From positions 1-64,000 of the IMG/VR virus record IMGVR_UViG_3300029305_001557: a stretch of DNA of 64,000 nucleotides; one strand, 5' to 3'. The DNA comes from a virus (taxonomy: Duplodnaviria > Caudoviricetes). Of this stretch, positions 1 through 7,379 are shown piece by piece; position 1 is the first letter of the stretch; each line of letters starts with the position of its first letter. Below the pieces are notes generated by a model, which ran no database searches, was not told the origin of the DNA, and worked only from the letters and a program-made list of their open reading frames with translations. The position numbers and the translations under genes were made by a program.

Positions 1-157
1 CATACAGGACGCTTACAGCGTCTACAGGGGCATACAGGACGCTTACAGCGTCTACAGGGGCATACAGGACGCTTACAGCGTCTACAGGGGCATACAGGAC
101 GCTTACAGCGTCTACAGGGGCATACAGGACGCTTACAGCGTCTACAGGGGCATACAG
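1..157. repeat. Perfect 30-bp tandem array (CATACAGGACGCTTACAGCGTCTACAGGGG x5 plus 7-bp partial), may continue left of the window
   Basis: Five identical units read directly at 1-150, then CATACAG. Each unit has an internal inverted repeat GACGCT-TAC-AGCGTC. Confidence 0.97.
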
Positions 158-403
158 TCAAAACACAGGAACAACAGACAGCAGGACTGTCCTCTTCACA
201 GGTGGGAGTTAAAGGCACACTCTCCGCACACGCTCACAGGTGTCCTCTCGCACACTGCTCACCACTCGTATGACTTGGTGTCACTCTCCACACTCACAAG
301 TCTTCCACACTCTTCTCACGCACCTCTTTTGCAAGAGTGCCACAAGTGGTGGAAATGAGAAAGACCCAAGCAGGGAGAGTGATACCTGCTCAGGTCATAG
401 TCC

Positions 404-862
404 TTATGTGTTAGGTGTAGTCTTAGTCCTTTGTATCTTACGAGGGACTATCTTACCTACCGTCCTCACCTCATTGGTAGGAGGTAGTGGACTTGCCGCC
501 ACTCCAACAGGAGTGACTGTCCTTACCTTTTTCTTTGCGTGGTGGTAAGGAGTGTCCTGCCTATTCTCTTTAAGTGCTTGTGCCACCACACCTCTTATGA
601 GGTCATTAAAGACTAAGTGTTTACCACTGCCATAGACCTTTTGTCTTTGAGTTAAAGTAGCAGGACTTACTCTACCACCGTCACTAAGACCACTAATTGC
701 TCTGTACACTCTGTCCTCCGTCTTATACTTACGGACATAGTGGTGTATAGTCCTCTTCATTGACTCTAAGTCACTGCCACACCCAATACAGTAATGAGTG
801 TCTTTAAGTATGAGGTTGTACCACTGAGGACTAACCTCTACAATATAAAACAAGTCATACAT
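404..862 (-). CDS. Hypothetical protein (152 aa)
   Basis: ORF with AGGAGGT RBS just upstream (871-877); no family recognised. Confidence 0.7.
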   Translation of the reverse strand: MYDLFYIVEVSPQWYNLILKDTHYCIGCGSDLESMKRTIHHYVRKYKTEDRVYRAISGLSDGGRVSPATLTQRQKVYGSGKHLVFNDLIRGVVAQALKENRQDTPYHHAKKKVRTVTPVGVAASPLPPTNEVRTVGKIVPRKIQRTKTTPNT

Positions 863-1259
863 AAGTATGTACCTCCTAATAGATATAGTAGTGTTTCACA
901 CCACGAGGACTATAAGTCCGAGTGAGTGTGGTGGTCTTATGACCACTGTAGATATAGTATATAGAGTGCCGTATATAGTAATAGATATAGTACTCCCTAT
1001 ATCTATTAGAGAGTTAGACACTTAAAGGTCTTTCTACCACAGTCTTCTATAAGTCAATAAGCCCTGATATTACAGTGTTCAGGTCTTATGAAAGAGCCGA
1101 GAGTAAAAGAGAGTTAAAGAGACCTAATAGATATAGAGTACGACACATAAAACACATTAAATGACCACTGTTGATGAGACAGAACAGGTCTTAAAGACCA
1201 CTGAAGTGGTGGTCTAAAAGAGTGTGCCGTGTAGTGAATAGGTCTCTTTAACTATCTAT

Positions 1260-1288
1260 ATTATATCACACCTGACTCTAAAAGTCAA
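1260..1288 (-). promoter_or_regulatory. SigA-type promoter TTGACT-17-TATAAT
   Basis: Hexamers and 17-bp spacer read directly; TG extended -10. Confidence 0.7.
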
Positions 1289-1552
1289 AACTCTAAATAA
1301 GTCCTCACCACTGTATTATCAGCACTTGTTGACTTATAATCCACCACTTCCTACCACTGCTTTCGCAGTCCTTTTGCAAAAGACCGTCCGAGGTACAGGT
1401 GTGTTACGAGCGTGTTGTAGTGTATTTTGAGTACCTGTGACAGTATTACTCTATCTACTATTAGTACTATATACACTATATCTATATCTATTTTAAGCCG
1501 ATACACTACTTTCTTCCCGCCGCTTTTCAAAATTTTTGTTATGAAAAGTGCT

Positions 1553-1888
1553 TTATTTGACCGTGAACTGTATATCTATATACTCCATAGGTGCAGTCAT
1601 ATTTATATCTACCTTTCTATTACTCTTATCTACTTTAATAAGAGCAACTTCTTTCCCGCCCTGTCTTACAGAGTACTTCTTATAGGGTAGGTAGTATAAC
1701 CACGACACTAAACAATTAAGGAACTCCGTATCTATGTTTTGGTCTTTAGGTACATTGATAACCTCTATGGTCTTCTCTCGCATAAAGTTGGTACACTTGT
1801 CTATTCCGTCTGCTTCTTTCTCGGTAAAGTACTCTCTGTACGGACAGACCTTTCTGTGTACGCACTTCTTACACCTGCTCTTCTTCAT
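1553..1888 (-). CDS. Hypothetical protein with N-terminal Cys cluster (CxxC-x4-CP...C)
   Basis: ORF overlapping the upstream gene's end; phage-type Cys motif. Confidence 0.65.
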   Translation of the reverse strand: MKKSRCKKCVHRKVCPYREYFTEKEADGIDKCTNFMREKTIEVINVPKDQNIDTEFLNCLVSWLYYLPYKKYSVRQGGKEVALIKVDKSNRKVDINMTAPMEYIDIQFTVK

Positions 1889-2192
1889 TCTCTTCTCCTT
1901 TCAGTCGAGAGGTAATTAAGCTCAAAACGGACTCAATCACCTTAGTCTCTTCAGAAGAGAAACGCTCAGACACTCCCTCTTCTTTCAGCAAGTCTCTTAC
2001 ATCACTGACAGACTCCCGAATACTTAAAGTCTTATCGTACTTCTTAAAGCACACTGCTCTTCCCTGCATAAAGAGTTCAAGAGGGTCTCCTTCGTGTATC
2101 TGTAGGGTTCTTCTTATCTCTTTGGGGATAACAACTCTGCCGAGGTCATCTATTCTTCTTACTATTCCTGTTGCTTTCATAGCTCTCACCAC
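1869..2192 (-). CDS. AbrB/SpoVT-family transcriptional regulator
   Basis: MKATGIVRRIDDLGRVVIPKEIRRTL...EGDPLE is the AbrB-type N-terminal domain, closest to the SpoVT N-terminus; the short C-terminus lacks the SpoVT GAF domain. Confidence 0.9.
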   Translation of the reverse strand: MVRAMKATGIVRRIDDLGRVVIPKEIRRTLQIHEGDPLELFMQGRAVCFKKYDKTLSIRESVSDVRDLLKEEGVSERFSSEETKVIESVLSLITSRLKGEENEEEQV

Positions 2193-2428
2193 CCTATCTC
2201 AATGGTTTCAATATCTATCGTTGCAAAGTTGGCATAGATAAAATCTATTACCTCAGTGTACTGCTCTATAGCAGGTTCATTGTTTTCCGCACGATTAAAT
2301 CTCTGCTCTACCATATCTTTAAGCTCTTTCAGACGGTCTTCGTTAGGCTCTACAAGATAAAAGGTGTCCTGTAGTCTATCTTCAAGGCTCACATCAGAGT
2401 CCACAATGTCTACACGAACAATCTTCAC
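2186..2428 (-). CDS. Hypothetical protein (80 aa)
   Basis: Coupled ORF in a minus-strand operon. Confidence 0.7.
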   Translation of the reverse strand: MKIVRVDIVDSDVSLEDRLQDTFYLVEPNEDRLKELKDMVEQRFNRAENNEPAIEQYTEVIDFIYANFATIDIETIEIGW

Positions 2429-2619
2429 TTACCCGTCACCACCTTGTTGACAAGCATAAGGATAGGAACAATGTCACACTCCTTTGGGGATAAAATCGTA
2501 AGAGCGTTTGCAATCATATTACGCTCCTGAACTGTCAAGGTGACTGTTATGTCACCTTGTAAATTCATACCGTTATCGTCATACACGCTTTTAAGCTTCT
2601 TCTCTGCCATTGTCTTCAC
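2425..2619 (-). CDS. Hypothetical protein (about 60 aa)
   Basis: Coupled ORF; start probably at the second Met. Confidence 0.6.
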   Translation of the reverse strand: MKTMAEKKLKSVYDDNGMNLQGDITVTLTVQERNMIANALTILSPKECDIVPILMLVNKVVTGK

Positions 2620-3097
2620 TCTCCTTATTACTTAATTCATAGAAATCAGGGGTCTTAATCACCGCCGCAGTACAGCAGTTAGCTACCATACCGAACATTA
2701 AATCTTCGGCTCGGGTCTTTGTAAGCTTCAGGGCAGGTTTACCCTTCTCACAGTAAAAAGTTTTGGTGGAATTATCAATCCTCGTGACATACTCAATAGA
2801 GTTGTCATTATGTAGAATTGCCACATAATAAGTGTACTTCACTTTGCTACCTTCTTTCTTTTCATCATCAAGTCGGAACTTCCTTCTTCTGCGTTGTGCT
2901 TCTTCAAAACGCTGTATATTTTCACGACCACACTCTACAGCATAATACGGACAACAATTCCCGGCACACTGTATGATGTCGTAGCCGTGTATGCGTTTAA
3001 GCTCGGCTCTTTTCTCCTTGCTTAAACACACGCACAAGCTCTTCTTAGCTTTACCATTCTTAAAGAACAACGCTTCTCTATCAATGTGATTTCCCAT
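2591..3097 (-). CDS. Hypothetical protein (168 aa)
   Basis: ORF tiling the operon. Confidence 0.65.
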   Translation of the reverse strand: MGNHIDREALFFKNGKAKKSLCVCLSKEKRAELKRIHGYDIIQCAGNCCPYYAVECGRENIQRFEEAQRRRRKFRLDDEKKEGSKVKYTYYVAILHNDNSIEYVTRIDNSTKTFYCEKGKPALKLTKTRAEDLMFGMVANCCTAAVIKTPDFYELSNKESEDNGREEA

Positions 3098-3102
3098 AAC
3101 GC

Positions 3103-3747
3103 TTACTTACACGCTTCCATAAGAGTACGATACTCGTCAAGCATACTCTTCAAAGTCGGGTCTTTCTCCGCAAGAGCTTCATAGAGAGCAAGCTCCTGAG
3201 CTTCACGAATACGCTGTTCCATATTACGCTTCAGCTCAACGGCTTTCTTCACGGCTTCCTTACGAGCAAAGAAATGAGAGAAGTCTACACGACATACAAT
3301 CTCACGACCACACTGTACTTTCTTCTTATCCTCTTCATTAGTAGACAGAGCTACAACTTTTGCAAGAGCAAAACCGTGATGACCTGTATTGACTACAACA
3401 GAGTCACCCTCTTTAATTTCAGAGTCATACAGAGCATAAGAATATACTCCTGTCTTCGGATTATCAAGGAACTCAACCTCAGCTACAACAAAATTATTAA
3501 ACATCTTAATTTCCTCACTTTCGTAATTGTTTTCAAAATTGATACTTGTTACTTCAAACCAAAACAAGCCTTTTCCACTACTTGCATTGGAATAATTATC
3601 AAGCTTCACGCCATACATAATATGGTTATGACGCTTAAAGGTCTGCTGTACTTCTCCCACTTCGTCTTTGTATTTACTTCGGTATTCGGAGCGTGGGAGA
3701 ACCACTACTCGGCAACCTACTTCATATTTAGGAGTCACATATCTCAC
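3103..3747 (-). CDS. Hypothetical phage protein (SH3/KOW-like beta segments plus C-terminal coiled coil)
   Basis: ORF with GAGGTGA RBS; C-terminal helical heptads. Confidence 0.7.
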   Translation of the reverse strand: MRYVTPKYEVGCRVVVLPRSEYRSKYKDEVGEVQQTFKRHNHIMYGVKLDNYSNASSGKGLFWFEVTSINFENNYESEEIKMFNNFVVAEVEFLDNPKTGVYSYALYDSEIKEGDSVVVNTGHHGFALAKVVALSTNEEDKKKVQCGREIVCRVDFSHFFARKEAVKKAVELKRNMEQRIREAQELALYEALAEKDPTLKSMLDEYRTLMEACK

Positions 3748-3750
3748 CTC

Positions 3751-4062
3751 CTAAATCTCGTATCTGACAAGCTCGTCTCTGCCAAACACATTAAGGGCTT
3801 CGGCAACAGTGCTACAGTCAACAGTAATATCCTCATCTCTGAGAATAACACTGAGACTCTTATCAAACCTTGCACAGATATAAGCTACTCTACCTGACTT
3901 GAAGTAGCACATAGCACTATGCAAATCGTCCTTGTTTCTGTTGCGAATTAAACGCTTCAACAATGCTTCAAGTTCCATACAGTTATCTCTCGCTTTCATA
4001 AGTATAGATTTTGTTTCCGTCTTTATCAAAGACTTCTGTAGTAAGCTTGCCGTTGTATTCAC
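3751..4062 (-). CDS. Hypothetical protein; true start probably near 3978 (MELEALLKRL)
   Basis: The 5' part overlaps the upstream gene, which stops at 3983. Confidence 0.55.
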   Translation of the reverse strand: MNTTASLLQKSLIKTETKSILMKARDNCMELEALLKRLIRNRNKDDLHSAMCYFKSGRVAYICARFDKSLSVILRDEDITVDCSTVAEALNVFGRDELVRYEI

Positions 4063-4222
4063 GGCTGACTACTTTAAGGACTTGTACAATACCACCGTCA
4101 TCTCTTTGGTAGATGTTTGTGGTCATACCTCCTTCTTTGTTTCGAGGACCGCCACCAAGCATAGTCTCACGACCCTCAATGTCAGCTTCTACATAGAAAT
4201 TTCTTACTGCCATATTTAACAC
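3983..4222 (-). CDS. Hypothetical phage protein (79 aa)
   Basis: First gene after the 4267-4295 promoter, with AGAGGAGAG RBS. Confidence 0.75.
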   Translation of the reverse strand: MLNMAVRNFYVEADIEGRETMLGGGPRNKEGGMTTNIYQRDDGGIVQVLKVVSREYNGKLTTEVFDKDGNKIYTYESER

Positions 4223-4266
4223 TCTCCTCTCTGAAGCTCTGATTTAGTGGGCTTCTTCATACTTAT

Positions 4267-4295
4267 ATTATAGCACAAAAGAGCTATGCAGTCAA
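4267..4295 (-). promoter_or_regulatory. SigA-type promoter TTGACT-17-TATAAT
   Basis: Read directly. Confidence 0.75.
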
Positions 4296-4315
4296 ATCCA
4301 CATAGCTCTTTCAGA

Positions 4316-5152
4316 TTACTCTGCCTTGCTACAGGCAGGACAGAAGTAACTTGGACTACCTTCGGGTAAGATAGCTCCGCAGTTAGCACAAGTGGCATTA
4401 GGGTACTTCCTCATAGATTTAGCAAGGGCAACTTCAAAACCATACTTCTGTTCAGCTTCTGACGGAGTATCAGTCTTTCGGCATTTTGCCACTTTATTTT
4501 CAATCTCTACAGGAATATACTGACGGAGAGAAGTCCACAGAGTCTCAAAGAGAGTGTCGAGATGAGGTGGACTCCAACAGTCACTTCTACAAATAAAGAT
4601 ATAATCAAAATCAAGCTCCTTTAGTTCTTCTACTGTGCAGAGCTTACACAGGGCTTTCTCACCACCGATAGTATCTTCATCACTGTCTTCACGCTTGACC
4701 CAAGAGTACTGCATATTCGGACGCTGTTCAAGCAAACTGTTAACCCAATTACCACAGTTGACTTCTTCACTGCCTGTCTTATAGTGGTACATATCGTGAT
4801 GAAAGTCCACATTGTAAAGCTCAAACTCTTCGTCCTCAGTCGTGCGTTGTAGCACAAACTCATAGCACCAACGATGACTTACAGTTATAAGCACTTCTCT
4901 ATGTGGATTTGCCACAAGACTGTTTACATACTTCATTGAAAACCGCTTAAAGATGTCAAACATTGTCTTAAAGTCTTCTTTGAGAACTCCGATATTGTGA
5001 AGCTCAGGGTAGCAAGCATAACGAGAGTTCCAAATAAAATCTTGCAGGTCGTAAGAGATATTCTCATTGCCACCGTCAGGGAATAGAGTATATCTTTGAT
5101 GTGCCGTAGCATTTACAAAATAGTCCCAATCAAGAGACAGTATTCTTTTCAT
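4316..5152 (-). CDS. UPF0489 / arginase-deacetylase-fold metallohydrolase with C-terminal Zn ribbon
   Basis: N-terminal LSLDWDYF, central NVDFHHD (DxHxD-type metal motif), NCGNW, and C-terminal CANC...CPAC. Confidence 0.65.
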   Translation of the reverse strand: MKRILSLDWDYFVNATAHQRYTLFPDGGNENISYDLQDFIWNSRYACYPELHNIGVLKEDFKTMFDIFKRFSMKYVNSLVANPHREVLITVSHRWCYEFVLQRTTEDEEFELYNVDFHHDMYHYKTGSEEVNCGNWVNSLLEQRPNMQYSWVKREDSDEDTIGGEKALCKLCTVEELKELDFDYIFICRSDCWSPPHLDTLFETLWTSLRQYIPVEIENKVAKCRKTDTPSEAEQKYGFEVALAKSMRKYPNATCANCGAILPEGSPSYFCPACSKAE

Positions 5153-5154
5153 AG

Positions 5155-5718
5155 TTATCTTCTTGTTAAACGGTCAAGCAGGTCGTTGTACATTCTCTCA
5201 TACATAACAGCTTTAGCCGCCTTTTCTTTAATAGTTTCATTCGCTTCCTTAGCGATAGCAAGCTCTTTCATCGTACAGTCCAAACGGTATTTAAGCTCTT
5301 TAATTTGAGCGTCCTTATCGTCAGGAGTAGTTGAAGTACTTACAGGAGTATTACCGTCAAAGAGGTAGTCAACACCTAAAGAGATAGTAAGTGCTTTATC
5401 AACTGCGTCCATAATGTCATCAGGAAGTCGGCACATAAAGTCGCCAACACGCCCCTTAGAGATTGTGGTAATCTGTTCACAAAGAATAGTTGAATTGATA
5501 CACTGTCCTCTGTCAACTTTAATGTGAGTAGGTAACGGCTTCTTCTCCTGAAGAGTAAGATAGCAAATCTCCACGCATTCGCTGTGTTCATTGTTGAGGT
5601 TATTACTAACCACTACAGCAGGTCTACCACTTCTCTGCTCACTACCTACTGTGTCATACTTTGAGGTTATGTAGAAAACTTCGCCCCGATTGATAATTAA
5701 GTCATTCGCTGTGTTCAT
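5155..5718 (-). CDS. mazF: PemK/MazF-family endoribonuclease-like protein with C-terminal coiled-coil extension
   Basis: RGEVFY...GSEQRSGRPAVVVSNN...THIKV...ILCEQITTISK..V..L...MDAVDKALTISLG is the MazF signature. Confidence 0.88.
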   Translation of the reverse strand: MNTANDLIINRGEVFYITSKYDTVGSEQRSGRPAVVVSNNLNNEHSECVEICYLTLQEKKPLPTHIKVDRGQCINSTILCEQITTISKGRVGDFMCRLPDDIMDAVDKALTISLGVDYLFDGNTPVSTSTTPDDKDAQIKELKYRLDCTMKELAIAKEANETIKEKAAKAVMYERMYNDLLDRLTRR

Positions 5719-5790
5719 TGTTGTTTATCTATCCTTTCATATTTATTCTGTCTCACTGAATATTTAATCATTCTCGATTGAGACAAGCTT

Positions 5791-5819
5791 ATTATATCAC
5801 AAAGCTTTTCAACTGTCAA
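5791..5819 (-). promoter_or_regulatory. SigA-type promoter TTGACA-17-TATAAT (TG-extended)
   Basis: Perfect consensus, read directly. Confidence 0.85.
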
Positions 5820-5943
5820 GAAGTGCCTGAAATCAGGCTTTCGCATTGCATACCTAATATAAAAATATGGATATTATATAATATAATAAATATACACATA
5901 ATATCCATATTACTATCACCTAAAGGTGATACGGCAAAGCCGA
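5818..5943. repeat. Structured AT-rich intergenic element, copy A (related to 31449-31572)
   Basis: AAGAAGTGCCT..TCAGG..GCATT..TACCTAATA core, 13-bp inverted repeat 5865-5877/5898-5910, then two short hairpins. Confidence 0.7.
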
Positions 5944-6837
5944 TTATTCAGTTAAAATATCTAATAGCTCGTACTTTACATATTCATAGACTTCCTCATA
6001 CTTCTTAGGGTCTACTTTCCGCACTTCTATACTGTACAGGTCTTCATCACAGAAAAGGCATTGAGCCGTGTATTCATTTAGGGAAGACCTGAATACAGGT
6101 CTTCCACACTTGGCACAGAGACAATTCGGGAGTAGAGGTTGCCCTTCTTTAGTCATAAATTGACCGTCATTCTTGACACCTACGAGTCTTTCATTTATTT
6201 GAGCAGTCTCGTCCTCGATGTAATTCTGCATTTGCGTTTTAGCTCTCATTACCGCTTCTTTAACAAGAGCTTCAACACTTTCTGCCATAGTATCATTAAG
6301 AGTTACTTTAACTCCAAGTCTTGTATTCATAAAGTCAGCAGTTATGGTTTTCATCTCGATAGGCTTCATCGGGTCTTCACCTAAGCTCAGAGGTTTCTGC
6401 GGAAGAATAGCTACCCTCGGGTTTCTTCGGCTTACCTGAACTACAGTAAGAGGGTCTATATGAGCCTTAAATTCTTCGCACTCAGAGCGAGCTTCTACCT
6501 GAATGTATAGCTTTTCTTCATCACAAACTGTATACAATCTCTTGTGCCGGAATAAAGACTCATACCACCACTTTGAGATATGGCGAGAAGCAGAACCAAA
6601 ATAGGATAAATTGAACACTCCCCTATCTGTTACAATTTTATCTTCAACTAATCGAACCTTGTTCAACAGGTCTATATTGATTACAGGCTCAGAGTGAAAG
6701 TCTTTAACCTCTCTCACGAGCTTGATTTTGGCGAGGAGAGCGTACCAAAAATGTTTGGTAAGGTATTTCTGCTTAAAGAGCTTAAACCGTCTCAGAGGGC
6801 TTCTGTGGGTCATTTTACGGTATGTCTTGCTATTCAC
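5944..6837 (-). CDS. Hypothetical protein with C-terminal CxxC...CxxC zinc ribbon
   Basis: 297-aa ORF; CAKC and CLFC. Confidence 0.7.
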   Translation of the reverse strand: MNSKTYRKMTHRSPLRRFKLFKQKYLTKHFWYALLAKIKLVREVKDFHSEPVINIDLLNKVRLVEDKIVTDRGVFNLSYFGSASRHISKWWYESLFRHKRLYTVCDEEKLYIQVEARSECEEFKAHIDPLTVVQVSRRNPRVAILPQKPLSLGEDPMKPIEMKTITADFMNTRLGVKVTLNDTMAESVEALVKEAVMRAKTQMQNYIEDETAQINERLVGVKNDGQFMTKEGQPLLPNCLCAKCGRPVFRSSLNEYTAQCLFCDEDLYSIEVRKVDPKKYEEVYEYVKYELLDILTE

Positions 6838-7281
6838 TTAAATCACCTCAATTACTTCTACCGCTTCTCTTAAAAACTCATTCAGGCGGTTTTTCAGTGC
6901 TTCATAGTCATCAAACTCTCCGCTAAGGTCAACCTCATTAAGGCAGGTGAGCCTGAATTTCATATTTTCTGTAGAACCTACAGTGGCGTATACAAAAGTC
7001 TCTATAATAAAATCATAGGAAGAAATTTTAACCCTCACAGCTTCTTGCTTTTCAGAATGATTTACAATGTAATGCTTTCTGCCTGTAGCTTTCTGCATAA
7101 AGCTAAAGACATCTCCCTCGTTGATTACAGTACAGCACTCGGCATATACGACCACAATTCTTACAGGGTCGTTCTGAACATACACGGTAGAGCCTGTCAG
7201 CCACTTTCTCAAATCGTTAGCTATCTTTATGTAGTTTCGGCAATCAAGACCTACTGTTCTTACATAAATGTTTTCTTGCAT
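6838..7281 (-). CDS. Hypothetical protein (147 aa)
   Basis: First gene after the 7314-7342 promoter. Confidence 0.7.
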   Translation of the reverse strand: MQENIYVRTVGLDCRNYIKIANDLRKWLTGSTVYVQNDPVRIVVVYAECCTVINEGDVFSFMQKATGRKHYIVNHSEKQEAVRVKISSYDFIIETFVYATVGSTENMKFRLTCLNEVDLSGEFDDYEALKNRLNEFLREAVEVIEVI

Positions 7282-7313
7282 AAGAATATCCTCACTTTCT
7301 TTATGATATTCAT

Positions 7314-7342
7314 ATTATAACACGATTTATGAAAATTTGCAA
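7314..7342 (-). promoter_or_regulatory. SigA-type promoter TTGCAA-17-TATAAT
   Basis: Read directly. Confidence 0.65.
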
Positions 7343-7345
7343 ATT

Positions 7346-7373
7346 AAAAGACTCCCGATTAAATTCGGGAGTC
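7346..7373 (-). terminator. Intrinsic terminator downstream of the dpdA-like gene
   Basis: GACTCCCGA/TCGGGAGTC stem followed by a U tract on the minus strand. Confidence 0.75.
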
Positions 7374-7379
7374 CTTGTA

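Noticed and set aside
1-157. CRISPR array or coding repeat (one minus frame reads PCRRCKRPVC repeats)
   Set aside because: The units are identical with no spacers and no cas operon. The Cys/Arg frame has no supported start or RBS.
1031-1057. Additional promoter TTGACT...TAGAAA
   Set aside because: The spacer is 15 bp and the -10 is weak, unlike the other 17-bp promoters.
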